The notes under the pieces were generated by a model. The model was not told the DNA's origin. It saw nothing but the letters and a program-made list of their open reading frames with translations, and searched no databases. From the NCBI GenBank assembly GCA_013265495.1, contig MU058645.1, positions 62,001 through 126,000 on the forward strand: 64,000 nucleotides of DNA. Direction: 5' to 3'. Source of the DNA: Vicugna vicugna (lineage: Eukaryota). Made by a program: the position numbers and the translations under genes. Shown here in pieces: positions 35,590-48,539 of this stretch; the first letter of the stretch is position 1; every line of letters begins with the position of its first letter.

Positions 35590-38500
35590 GAGAGGAAAGG
35601 GTTGCTGAGCTTGAAGAAAGACTATTAAAAATTACCAAATCTGAGCAACAGGGGGAAAAATGGGCCAAAAGAGGAACATCACGTTAGGGACCCATGAGAC
35701 TGTAACAAAACATACATTCTACATCAACATTACAGCAATAAAAGAGAAGGTAGGAGGGACTGGAGAAGTCCTTTAAAAAATAATGGCAGAAAGATTCTCA
35801 AATATAGTGAAAGACATAAAAGTATAGATTGAAGAAGCTAAGTGAAACCCAAACAGACAAAACTCAAAGAAATCCACACTGAGTTTTATTGTAGTAAAGT
35901 ATCTGAAACTGAAAACAAAGAAAAAAATTCTTGAAGTCAGTGAGCAAGAAATAACACTCTGTCTAGAGGGAAAACAAATCAAATGACAGTGAATTTTTCG
36001 ACAGGAACCATAAGGACCAAAAGGAAGCAGCACAATGTTTTTCAAATGCTAATAGAACTATCAATCCATAAATTTATATTCAGTAAAAATATCTTTAAGG
36101 AATGAAGAGTAAATGAAGATATTCTCAGATGAAAGAAAATAAAGAGGTTTTTTTTTTTTGTTTGTTTGTTGTTTGTTTTTCTGGTCAGAAGACCTGACAC
36201 AAAAAAATAGCTAAAAGAAGTTTCTAAATACAAATAAGTGATTTAAAAATACTTGGAGCATCAGGAAGGAAAAAGAACACACTAAACAAAAAATATGAGG
36301 GTATATGTTATATAATGATGAAAGGGTCAGTCAACAAGGAATACACAGTAACCCTGAACATGTATGCACCAGACAAGAGAGCTGAAAAACATGTAAAGCA
36401 AAAATTGATTACAGTGAAAAAAAAAAGGTAAATCCACTATTAAACACCCACTCATGATAAAAACTCTTAGGAAAATAAAAGGAAAATTCTTCAACTTACA
36501 ATATTTGCAAAACAGTGATAGTTGATATTACACTTAATTATAAAACATTGAATGATTTTCTCTTAAGCTCTGGAAGAAGGCACAGATGTCCGCTGTTACT
36601 ACTGTCATTCAGAATACCACATTCTAGCCAGAGGTTCTAGCCGGTACAAAGCAGTGAGGAAAATAAAAGGCATAGAGAGCTGAAAGGAGGAAATGAAAGT
36701 TCTTATTTTCAGTTTGCATGATTATCTTTGTTGAGTAAGTCCAATAAGTCTAAAAAATAAGACTAGAAGTAATACAGACTTTAGGAAGGCTGTACAGCAC
36801 AAGATAAACATTCAGAATTCAGTTGCACGGTTACATGCCAGCAGTGCCCATGTAGATTTAAGTTGAAAACATAATGCCATTGATGAGCATTTATCAAATG
36901 GCATCATTAAGGGTAAATCTAGTAAATGCATAGAACTTGTGTACTAAAAACTATACAACACTAATTAAAGAGATCAAATTTCTAAATAACTGGAGGGACA
37001 CATTTGCTCACTGATAGGAATACTCACGTCATGAAGAAGCCAATTTTCCTGAAACTGAAATATAAGTTTAACATATTTCTTTGAAAACATTAGCAAAATA
37101 TTTTAAATCTACGGACAAGATTATTCTAAAATTTATATAGAAAGTCAAGGAAACTAGAATATATGTGGCATATAGTTAAAACAATGCTAAGAGGAACATT
37201 TATAATATTAAATGCATGTATTAGGAAAGAAAAAAGTGTTAAATTAATAATCTAAGCTAAAACTATTGAAAAAGAATAAAGAGAAGGAATTACTCCACCT
37301 AATTTCAAGACTTCTTGCAGAGCTGCTGTAATCAAGATTGTGTGGTGTTGATGAAGGGACAGACACATAGACCAACAGAACGGAATAAAGAGTTTGGAAA
37401 TAGAACCACTTAAATATGCCCTGCTGACTTTTTATAAAGGTACAAAAGCATTTTGATAGAGGAAAGACAGGCTTCCAGTAAATGATGCTGGATGGGCACA
37501 AAAAAGTCAAAATAGAACCTCAGCCCAAATCTCACACCTCACACAGAATGTCAGTTCAAAACTCGATTATGAACTTCAGTGAAACAGTCTAATTAGACAA
37601 TGGGGAAAGGACACAACCAGACGCCTCCCCCAGGAGGACACACAGAAAACAAGCACGTGAACCATGTCATCACTGGCCATTAAGGGGGTGCGAATGAAAC
37701 CACAAGGAGTTGTTGTTTCACACGTATGAGGACTGAAATAAAAAAAAATGACCACGCCAAATATCGGCATGGATGGGAGGCGGTGGATCACGCAGATACT
37801 GCCGGTGGGCTTGTAAAATGATGCAGGCACTCTGTGAACATCTGTTCATAATACTTCCCCACAATAACACTCCCGGACATCAACTCTAAAAAAACATGTC
37901 CACACAAAAACCTGAGTCACAGACTCCACTCTCATTCTGCTTGCCACGTGACTGGGCAATATATTGGGAGACAAGGTGTTCGGGCAAGTAATAGTGACTC
38001 TATCCGGAAAGCCAGCAGACTGAGAAGATGGGGGACTATGTCCTGGAGAATCTTCTTCCTCAAGTCAGGATTCAGGCTCCTTTTATACTAACAAGGGGAT
38101 GGGCTGTGGTTGGTTGTTGCTGCAAACTTCTCGGTTTCAGAGTCTTTTGTTCTTGCAGCTGTCCACACAGGTCAGGTCATGATGTGCCTGTAAACCTCCA
38201 GCAAGACGAATGTTATTCTCCGTCCTGCAACTTTTTATGTCTATATGAATGGAAAACTGTTATATCCTTAAAGGGGAGAGCCTGGAGGATGAGCTATCCC
38301 GCATATTTCAGGCCATAGGCATCATTCTCTTACAAAAAGTGCAGAACAGAAACAGAGCACGGGGTTAGGGCCAAAGGAACAGAGCTCATATGGAGTCAGA
38401 TTTGTTCTTCCCTAGTACACCTGCACATGAATGTCACAGCAGCTTTATTCAGAGTAGCTACAAACTGAAAACAACTGGGATGTCCTTTGATGGGTGAACG

Positions 38501-38980
38501 GTTAAACAAACTATGATTCAGCCATATCATGGAATACTAGTGACAAATAAAAAGAACAAAAAAAAATTATCGGTATACACAGCATGTGTGAATCTCCTGA
38601 GAATGATGCTGAATGAAAAACCAAATCTTCAAAGCTGATATAGTTTATAATTCCATTTATATAACATTCCTTAAATGGCAGGATTATACAAAGAATCTTT
38701 GTGGCTGCCAAGGGTTAAGGAGGAGATGGGGAGGGTGGGAGGAAAGTGGGTGAAAGAGGATGTAGCTGCAAGCATGATCTCAGAGGTGATGGAAATGTTC
38801 TGCGTCTTGACGTTATCAACACCCACATGCTTACTGTGACGCTGTCCAGTGCTGTGCCAGGTGCTGTCCTGGGGAGACGCGAGGTAGAGGCTGCACAGGG
38901 CCTCGTGCGTTGTTTCTTACAACTAAATGTAAACCTCTAATTACATCTCAACAAAATTTTAATTAAAATATAATCAATAA
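35590..38980 (+). mobile_element. Old L1 (L1MB/MC-like): ORF1, ORF2 and 3' UTR fragments, interrupted by an LTR
   Basis: ORF1 motifs ('gattgaagaagctaagtgaaacccaaacag'), ORF2 motifs ('cacccactcatgataaaaactct', 'gacagacacatagaccaacagaac') and 3' UTR ('ataacattccttaaatggcag'); frame disrupted throughout. Confidence 0.88.
37915..38419 (-). mobile_element. ERV1-type solo LTR nested in L1
   Basis: Reverse complement starts 'tgtactagggaagaacaaatctgactccat'. 4-bp TSD CCTG at 37911-37914 and 38420-38423. L1 text 'catgtccacacaaaaaCCTGcacatgaatg' is continuous across the insertion. Homologous to 44524-45050. Confidence 0.9.
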
Positions 38981-38989
38981 ACATATGTT

Positions 38990-40410
38990 ATGCTTGCTCT
39001 TCTGACTGGGATGGAGTGACAGGGACCTGATTTACCCTCCCATCTCTAGCAGAAAATTTTATCAAACAATGATGGCAAGACAAGGGGGACCACACAAGAG
39101 AGGAGAGCGATCCCTGAGAGAGGGAGGATGTTCCACTGCCTCGAGGGGGCTTCCAAGCCTGGGGGCAAGGGGGTGGCCAGGAGGAGCCCTGCGGAGTCTT
39201 TGAGTTGTGGACAGTGAGATGCGAGTCCTGGAGACTGATGTCACTTGAGCTGACAGGCTGGAGTCCCAGAGAAGACAAACCTGCAGCGTTTCCCATGGAG
39301 TCTTCAGCTGAATCTTGTATCATCACTTGCACAAAAGGAAACTACCCGGGGCCAAAGAAAGAACCACCCAGAAGACTTAGAGGCAACAGTACTGAGAAGA
39401 GCGCCTCTTTCCATCAGCAGATTGGAAAACCTCAGTGTCCTGGGGCATCTGTGTGGAGCACGCAGACGGGCGGGCTCAGTGCTGGGAAAAGCAGTTCTCC
39501 ACCGAGCACTGCGGACGCGGTGCTGGAGAACGCCTTACACACCCAGAAGAGTCAGGTGCTTTCCAAGCAACTGAACTGCATCAAAGAATAAAATTTAAGA
39601 ATTTATAGAAATAGAAATATCAAGCACATAACAAGTTAAAATTCACCAAGGCTGGTATTCATTAAAAAAATTAGCACATACGACACAGCACAGGTAACTA
39701 TATTTAATATCTTGTAAGAACCTATAATGAAAAATAATATGAAAAAGAATATATGTATGTATAACTGAATCACTATGCTGTACACCAGAAATTAACACAA
39801 CACAGTAAATCAACTATACTTCAATTAAAAAATTATCACACATACAAAAAATAGGAAAATGACTCATAATGAGGACATTACTCAATCAGGTCTGACCTAC
39901 CACTGCTACAGATGCAAGAATTAGCAGAAAATTACATAAAACAGTTATTACAGCTGGATTCCCATGTGTACAAAAAGCTGAGACAGGAAAGATGTAAAAA
40001 GACCACCATCAAACATTTAGTGGTGAAATTTACAATGTACAAGATGTAAAATTTCCTGCATGGAATGAAAAGTGGATTAGACTCTGCAAAGAAAGATCAG
40101 GGAGTGTGAAGACTTGGAAACTATCCAAATGAAACACACAGAAAATAAAGTTTGAAAAATAAACAAAGCAGGTACGAGGTGTGGCAGAACTCTGAGCAGC
40201 AAGTAAATGAGTGAAGCTCCCAAAAGGGTACGGGAGGAAGAAAAATATGAAGAAATCTTTTCATATTCAAGTTTCCAAGTTCAATTGTTTAATTTAATTT
40301 TGGGGTGAATTTTTTTCCACGTTTAAGGAAAGCTATTTACCCACACTTCCAAGAGGCGAAGGAAGCCAACACACAAGAAGTACAAAGGGAATTCCATCAG
40401 GGAACCTCAC
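38990..40410 (+). mobile_element. Old L1M 5' UTR/ORF1 remnant
   Basis: 'gatggagtgacagggacctgatttaccctccc' (L1M 5' start), 'cagatgcaagaattagcaga...acagttattacagc', 'gaaactatccaaatgaaacacacaga'. Confidence 0.75.
39683..39830 (+). mobile_element. Short younger L1 3' tail inserted in an old L1
   Basis: 'cagcacaggtaactatatttaatatcttgtaa...ctgaatcactatgctgtacaccagaaattaacacaac...caactatacttcaattaaaaa'; flanks 'aaaaattagcacatac' and 'aaaaattatcacacatac' resemble a TSD. Confidence 0.9.
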
Positions 40411-40469
40411 AGTCAGGTTGTACATTTACATATTCGCTCATTATCTGATTCTGCCACCAGCATGTAAGT

Positions 40470-40960
40470 GTGTAAATGATCTATTACCACACAGGAAACG
40501 ACTCCAAAGTCTGTGAGCTTGGACGGCAACCCTTGTTATCTCACAGTTACTGTGGTCAGGGGTCTGTCTGCACTAAAGTTACTGCAGACCAAGTCCTGCA
40601 GCCACGTCACACTCATGGGGAGTCCTGCCCCCTGCCTCCTCACTGGCTGTTGTCCTTAAGGACCCTTTGCCTGAAACCGCAGTTTCCTCCCATGTGGACT
40701 CTCCTCTGGCGTCCCACAGCAAGGCAGGTGTCTTTGCCTCAACCGAGTGAGAGAAAGAGTGAGACACGGTACCAAAGGTGGAAGCCACAGTCTCCTGGTA
40801 ACCTAGTCTTGGAAGTGACATCCCATCACTTTCACAACTGCTATTTGCTGGAAAAGAGCCATCAGGTCCATTCTACTCTAAGGAAGGGGACAGTACATGA
40901 GAGCATGAGCGCCAGCAGCAGGTGTCACTGGGGGCCAGGGTTAGTGGCTGCCTTCAGTCA
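40470..40960 (-). mobile_element. Old MaLR LTR (MLT1-type)
   Basis: 'ttgttatctcacagttactgtggtcaggg' and 'cctagtcttggaagtgacatcccatcactttcac'. Confidence 0.7.
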
Positions 40961-42569
40961 GCTCCAGGGGACTAAGACTCTGTCTTACGTACGCTGAACT
41001 CCCTGTCCCTGAATGGCAGCGAACACAACAGAGATGCTGAAGTGTTCCTGGGATGGCTGAACACAAAATTAATCATTTGATGACCTGGAAAATTTACAGT
41101 ATAATCATACATCCCAAAACCGATGAGCTTGGCATTATGACCCAGTGCCATCTGTACTAATAATCAATAACTCAGGGCAACTAGTGGTGTATGTCTCTAA
41201 GTATCCTTTAATTTTCAAAAGCCAAGGGTTTCACTCCAGCTAAATTAATGAGTGGATGTGCTGAATTCTACTCATTTCACTTTTTAAATGATGAAATTAA
41301 ATCGATTTTTTTCATTAAATCATTATGTGGTGAAGAAACAACAGGAAAATTCCTTTCATAGTCTTGGAATGGGAGATTTAACTTTTGATGATTCCTCCAG
41401 CATCTTATAAACTGCTTGTATTTATGTAGTGATGAAAAAATATAAACCCACAAATATTTCACTGCAGGAGAAATAAGTGAAGCCCCGTATTGGGAGGCTT
41501 GCCTTTGATCACAAAGTGTAACATGCGGCTGTAGTGAGTTAGTCATTTGTCTTGCTAATGCTGAGGGCCCGGCAGAAAGATCCACACATCCTCCAGGGGC
41601 CTGGGCATGAGTTACGTGTGGACACAAAATGCTCCCAGTGAGTCAATGCGAGATCATATTTATGTCAGAAAAGTTCCAACGTACACGGTTCTCTTTACCC
41701 CAAAACGCCTCCTGAATATATCCATCAGAAACAGTGTGCATTTCCAGCCATAGGACACCAAGTAAGAGACAATAAGCTTTCACTGTTTTGAGATTAACTT
41801 CAGGCTCTGTTAGCGGCATTGTCGACCGAGACAGCTGTCCTGCTCTCAGAGACCCATGCGGCCCTTAGCCTGTTCTCTGCTTCTGCCTGGTTTTCTCGCA
41901 TTGAGTGTTAATGTCTAAGGTGGCAAAAAAAGTCTATCAGAATATTCAGAAATGCAAACAGTGAAACAGCCCATGGGGATTATGTCCGTCATATATGTGG
42001 CCACTTTGATTCGCTCGGTCTACCTGTTGTTACTGCAGACCATCCATCACAGCGGCCAGTCCCGCGTAAATGTCGTGGGTGGTTGAGACAGCCGAGCTGA
42101 AGGGGCGGCGGCAGCGTTCATCTCTGCATGAGCACCACTCGTGCTGGTTCACTGTTCTAATCTTGCAGGTTTTACGAACATCACAACCTCACCAGATAGG
42201 GGAGTGTTTTCAGATCAATTTAACCAGATTTAGTCTCTGACCTCATCACTCAGCTAACAGACAGGAAATGGTTACCAGCAGTATTAAATCTCACTGTATC
42301 TTTAATCTTGCTTCTCGAAAGGAATTTTTATACTTTTCATTTGTTTTTCTTACAGTTCAAAGTGAAGCCAATATTTAAAACATCACCCCATTTAAAAGAT
42401 AGTATGAGGAGAGCAGTGTTTAAGGGAAGTCACTTAAGGATTTTAACTACAATCACACAGAAATGAGGGTGTGGGTTCACTTCCTCTGTTAATTTTAACA
42501 TTATAGAAATGAAAAATGATCTTAAGAGTTCTGCCTCATAAGAAATACTGAGATTCTAAGGCATTCAAT

Positions 42570-43670
42570 ATTTATATTAAAAAGTAAAAACCAGAGAATA
42601 AATACAAAATTATAAGAGAACACATATCTGATCTTGAAATCAAAGTCACGTTCCAAACTTGAATCAACAGGAAACGCGAAAGAGGAAAATAGAGAGCAAA
42701 TATGATTTTGAATTTGAGAACGTTAAAATAGTCCCAAACCTAGTTAAGAAAGCGAAAATAAGAAAAATAATTACAACACATAAAACTGAGACAAGACAAT
42801 AAATCATTGTCAAGAGTCCATTATAAGTAGATGAGAAAAATACCAAAATTTAGTAGAAAGATAATCGAAACATGACCATTAGAGAAGAGGAATTACAGAT
42901 GATCAATACAATTATCTAAATTGTTCAGCTTAATAAAGAAAGTAAAATTAAAACAAAAATGTAACTTTTTTATTGAGAGTTTGGTAAAATTACTTACTGA
43001 TCATATCTACCTTCTGGAAAGGTTGTAATAAAATGAGCTCTCTCATAACTTTCTGACAAGTCGGCCTTTGGGGGAACGGACACTCTGGGGATGGTTCTGT
43101 CTCTTCCCTCTCTCCCTTTCTTAAATGTTTATCACTTCTTAGGAAGGAACCTGAGCAAAACTTGATGCAGGCAAAGATTTTGATTAAGGATGTGCATCCA
43201 AAATTATATATAATACTGAAAGTTTAGGAGCAAAGTGAAATATTCATGGGCAGTCAAATTATCAAATGTTCATTTCATAGCAGAATTACCAAATTATGAA
43301 ATATTATGAGCATCCTAAATCATATCTTCTAAGATTTTCAGTTGCATATGACACTGATTATGACACATTCAAAAGGACATTATAATCATATCCATATATA
43401 TATGTGTGAAGATATATAAAACTAAATGCTTGTATAAATAATAAAAATAGTATTTGTATTATATAATATAAATATATGTTAGATATAAGTACATATGCAA
43501 AGATCGTAATTAACAATAAATAAATATATAAATATAGAACTAATATATAATGGAAGGAAATGAACTAAATGTCAACCGTGATTAATACATTTGAAAATAC
43601 GTTTGAATTTTATTTGCTTATCTATGTTAAATTGTTCTACAGTTAGTTTTGTATAAGAAAATTAAAGAAA
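42570..43670 (+). mobile_element. Very old L1ME-like 3' remnant, AT-rich
   Basis: 'agagaagaggaattacagatgatcaatac', 'gcaggcaaagattt...aaggatgtgcatcca'. Confidence 0.5.
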
Positions 43671-44523
43671 AAATATATAAATTTAAAGAAAAACAAGCTT
43701 GCCTTACAGAGACACAGTTTTCCTAAATTTCCTTGGATGTCCCATATTATAAATGTTTGTATGACCCCCATCCGACACCTGGACAGGGCACATCTCTGAG
43801 GATCAGGTCCAGGCATTTGAGCCTAGAGCCTCGTATGATCACTTGATAAGACAAAAGAAGCGAGGGTGAGGCTCTTTGCAAATGGTCCTAGCGCATGAGT
43901 GGCACCAGCTCTTATTTAAATGCCAGCCTTTCCTTATGACATCCTGCACTCAGATACAGCTCGCAAACATCACGTTGGACGCTATTATTTTTTCAGTTTA
44001 TAAACCACTCTCAATGTTTTTTGCCGCCGTCTGTCGGCATGTTTCTGTGAGATGGCACATTGGAATCAGAGGGGCCCCGTCTGCAGTACACTTCACAGAA
44101 TTCACCCCAGAACTGATCTGCACTCAGAAGGTTTGAATAACAGCAAAAGCAGTGATGATTTTTCTGAGTAAAGTCTTGCCACCCAGGAATGCTGCACAGT
44201 GCATTTAAAATTGGTCCCTGGCATGTGATGCTTATGGATAGAAAGCATGGTTTTAAAAGGTATCTATAAGACCTGTGGCTGTTGTGAGCTATTTATAATG
44301 GACTTTTGTTCTTCCCATTAAATGTAAACTGTCCACCCCTTTTGTGAATGGCAGTGGGCAGGTGCACTTGGAGCTTTCGGCAGCAGAAAAGATGGCTGGA
44401 TGCTTGACGAAGTTTAAAATCTAGTAAGACAGACAAGTCAGAAGTGCACCTAAATTTAAAACTCTTTTCTTCTGTCTAGGTATCCATATTCTTGCAAGAG
44501 AAATGAAATAAATGGATACCTTG

Positions 44524-45050
44524 TGTAATAGTAAAGAACAAATCTGAATCCACATCAGATCTGTTCCTTTAGCGCTAACCCTGTGCTCTCTTCCTGTGCT
44601 TAGTCACGCTGGTTCTGCATTTTTTTTATAAAAGAATGTTGCCTAGAGCCTGAAATATACAGGAGAGCCCATTTTCAAGGCTCTGCCCTTTAAGGATATA
44701 ATACTTTCCCATTCATATAAAGATAAAAAAGTTGCAAAACAGAGAATAACATTTGTCTTGTTGGAGGTTGACAAGAGCACCATGACCTGACCAACATGGA
44801 AAGCTGAAAGAACAAAGATTCTGACACCAGGCAGTCTGCAACAAGCACCCACAGCCATCCCCCCTCCCCTTTTTAGAATAACAGGAGCCTGAAGTCTGAC
44901 TTGGGGAGGATGGTTTGCTAAGCCATTAGTCCCCCATCTTCCCTGCCTGCTGGCTTTCCTTATAAAGTCATTATTCCTTGCCCCAACACTTGGTCTCCTG
45001 ATTTATTGACCTGTCATGTGGTGAGTAGAATGCGTTTGGACTTGGTAGCA
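44524..45050 (+). mobile_element. ERV1-type solo LTR, same family as 37915-38419
   Basis: TG...CA ends: 'tgtaatagtaaagaacaaatctgaatccac' ... 'tttggacttggtagca'; imperfect 4-bp TSD cttg/tttg; colinear with the reverse complement of 37915-38419. Confidence 0.9.
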
Positions 45051-46414
45051 TTTGGGCAGGAGTTGTTCACAGGAGATGGTCAGGCGGCTGGGCCATTGGT
45101 GGGCGACATCCCCCTGTGACTGCCAGCTCCCGCGGTGTCCTGTCAGTTTTTGTGTGTCCTAGGATGTTCCCAGGGGACAGCCAGCATCAATAGCACAAAT
45201 GCACAGACAGGCTCAGGGGTCCATGGAGAGAGAAAGAAAAGTCGTGAAACAATCTCTGCCCCTGGGAGTTGGAAGACCAGCAAAATTAAAATAATCTTGT
45301 AACTGATATATTATTTTCACTCCCAACTTGCTCTTACAAAGCAGGACATCGTGTGATGCTGGATTATTGAATGTTGCACCTAGAAAGGAGTAATTATTAG
45401 TAAGTTTCTTATTTCATGACAGATTTCTTAGTCCTACAAAGTTACTAATACAATTTTGAGACATTAAGAGATTGTCATTCATTTACACAATTGCAAGCTG
45501 CTTGTACAACTAACAGTATGAGATCAAGCTATGGCCGGGCTCAGACACCCAGATGCCATGTCACAGACTAAGAGCCGGGAGTGAGGGCGGCAGACGGAGG
45601 CAGCACACAGAGTCTCCAGGCACCAGGACGCCAGCGGCAGAAGAGAGGCGGCCAGGTGACTCCGGAGTCTGCAGGGTGTGGCCCGCTGTCCCCCCTGGAT
45701 GGCTCCTGTGGTGGGATTTTTGCTGCCTGGTCCTGCTCATTGAACAATCCCAGGTCTCAAGTCTTTATTAGCATCCTATAAGCTAGGCAATATTCTTCCA
45801 AAAAAATCATTTTCTACTTAAATTCATCAAAGTCAAGTTTTGCTTCTTAAAAAAAAAACCGTGGTGAACAGGGTGCCAGTGGCAGAGACTTCGAAACGCG
45901 TTTCAAGACCCAAGCAGACAAGCACACGGATTGGTGATTCCACTTGAGTCTTGGACAGCCCTGCCGTTCTGGCTGGAGGGAGGCGAGCTCTTAAACCTTC
46001 ACGTTAAATGACAGCATTGTGATGATGCGGAGACTGATGCTGTGTTTGGGGGCAGGTCACCGCTAACCTGGTCCTGCTAAAGAGAAAGAAACAGCAGGGC
46101 TGGGCCAGCGATGACCTGACTCTTTGGGACCCTGACTCTAACAGGCGCACATTTGGCAACACCTTGGATATTCTCTTTTGTCCATTCTGTCTTGAAAATA
46201 CTACGGTTGTGAAATTATAAAAGGAAAGCATGAGGCCTTGATCAGAAATTTTAGCACAAACCCTTCACCGACAGCGCTCCCGGCAGCACCGACCTCCTCC
46301 TGCTCTCAGCAGCGGTGTCGGGCTGTTTGCAGCATCCAAGGTCATCCGCCTGGTTATGCCGTAGAGCCTTTAAGACGGGAAACGAGGCTCGCTCTTGTGC
46401 TGTTTCCTTCAGTG

Positions 46415-46725
46415 TGTTTATCAGTCTCCAAGGCCTGCTGTGACAACACTCCACGTTCTGGGTGGTTTTAACAACAGAAGTGTATTCCATCGCCGCTCTG
46501 GGGGCCAGAAGCCCCCGTCCAGGTGTGGGCGGGGCCGAGTTCCCCCGAAGCTCCGGGGGGGGGGTCCTCTCTTGCCGCCTCCTAGTCCCTGCCGGCGGCC
46601 CGGTCCTCGGTGTTGTTTGCTCGGTCACGTGTCACTCTGAGGCCTGCTGCTGTGGCCACGCGACGTTCTGCCTGCGCGCAGAGCGCCGTGTGTCTCTCCT
46701 CCTCTCCTAAGGACACCGTCACACT
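46415..46725 (-). mobile_element. MaLR LTR (MLT1B/C-like), CpG-enriched
   Basis: 'atcagtctccaaggcctgctgtgacaacactccacgttctgggtggttttaacaacagaagtgtatt...ctgggggccagaagcc' and 'ctcctaaggacaccgtcac'. Confidence 0.85.
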
Positions 46726-48098
46726 GTACGAAGGCACGCCCTCCCTTTGCGCGTGTGTAGGATGTGTTCCTCTCTCCCAGTTTCCCTTCACTCGTAAACA
46801 AGTCAGTTTCTTGGGATTCCTTCCCTCTCCCTCCTTCTGCAGTTGTGTGCCTCCCAATCTCTGCATATTTAACTTGGGAAGTCAAACACATTTCCCATCT
46901 GCAATAATCACTCCTTTGTACTTGAGAAAAAAAACCCAAGAAGTTTCTGCAGTGAGTGACAGTCCCCGCCTCCTCCGCCACCACGAGGAGACATTGCGTC
47001 TCCAGTCCTGGCACCGATTCTCGGATGAGACCTCCTCCTCCCCCTCGTGTTCTGCAAATAGAACCGCACGGACCAGGGACGTACATACTGTGTGTCTTAT
47101 GAGGATGTCTCCTGGACCAGTCGATTCATTTATTTCTCTCGTCTTCTTGCTCCACTAAATCCATCACCTTCCCCCAACACAGTTGAGGGAAAACATCTGG
47201 AGAGGAGCTAAAGTGCATACAGTGATGGGAAGAGAAAAATGGTTGCTTTAACTCTGCTGCCAAGGAATCCCGGATCCTGTAATGAATCCCCCTCTTAGTC
47301 AAGTGCCGACCTGACTCCCCCAGAAGGGGAGCCCACAGTGGCAAAGTCACAGACCTGCCCCTCAGGCTGCTGACGAGAGACAGGTGTGATCTGTGTGTTT
47401 GCTGAAGCTGAATAACAAGCAGGACTTTTTTTTTTAACCCTCTGAATAGACACAGAGGAATCTGCCCACATACAGAAGGAGAAAAATCCGCCCCATTAAC
47501 AAGTTCGGTTTTTCCTCCCACCCCGCCCGTTTCTTCAGCCGCGAGGTGCTATTTGGAAGGGCCTATAGATTATCATCTGGGAAGCTTTCCAAACTACAAA
47601 AGGAAAAGGAAGAAGGGAAAGATAACAAGGCATTTTAGGCTGACCCTATTAACGAGCAAACTGTTTCCTCCCCTTCACCACAGTGTCCAGAATGAGGCGA
47701 GATCGAACAGTATTTTCCAGGGTTTCTGCCCTCACGGGGAGTCAGCGTGGGTGGTGGGAGGGTCTCCCCAGAGGCCGTGCATTTCTGCGTCCTAGACATT
47801 ATTTGCTCAAAGTAAAACTGCATGGTCATCTCGCTCCCCCCGCTCAGCAGTAGCTCATGACACGTTTCCTGCCTCATATCAATTCCTAAACGTGGTCATA
47901 AATAACTTACAAGTAATGAATTTGAAAGACTTTGGAAAAGTGTCAGAGCCGAGTCTGTGTGAGCCACTGCTGTAGGCAAGCATCACGACAGACCCCTTCC
48001 ACTCCGAGTTCACTCTCTGCCAGATGTTGTGTCAGCGTTCGGCAGGGGCTGCCTTGTCTGATGTTCGGCAAATGTCCTTAAGGGCGGGACTGTTATCT

Positions 48099-48539
48099 TG
48101 TAACTGAGCAGAGCCCTGAGGGGCCTTCCCGGGTCAGACCCCTCCCCAAGTCCTCTGCTGTAGCTCTTCTCTGAAGCTCCCAGGTCAGAGTATCTCATGT
48201 AGATTTCCTGAGTTTTTCAGATTCTAAAACCACCGCCAAAGGGAAGGAATGAACTACTTGATGACTAAGAGCATGTCGTGGCCCCAGACCTTCTGGTTCC
48301 TAGGGGTGGACCGTGTTGAACACTGTGTTCCCTCCACATCAACCAATCAGAGGACTGCACACAAGCTGATCACGGACCTGCTGTGCTGAAACCATTAGGG
48401 GAATTAGGGGTTTCCTTGGGCACGAGCCATCGCATCCTCCTTGCTCGGCCCTGCAGTAAACCTTCCACTGCTTCAAACTCGTGTTTCAGTTTGCTTGGCT
48501 TCAGACTGTGGTGGGAACACAAGCTTGCCTTCGGTAACA
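48099..48539 (+). mobile_element. ERV1-type solo LTR
   Basis: 'tgtaactgagcagagccct' ... 'ttcggtaaca' with short inverted ends; perfect 4-bp TSD ATCT at 48095-48098 and 48540-48543; CCAAT box ('accaatcag') and degenerate poly(A) signal ('agtaaa'). Confidence 0.92.

Noticed and set aside
37915..45050. Full-length provirus between the two related LTRs
   Set aside because: The LTRs are inverted with different TSDs, and the interval holds L1/MLT1 remnants with no gag/pol/env.
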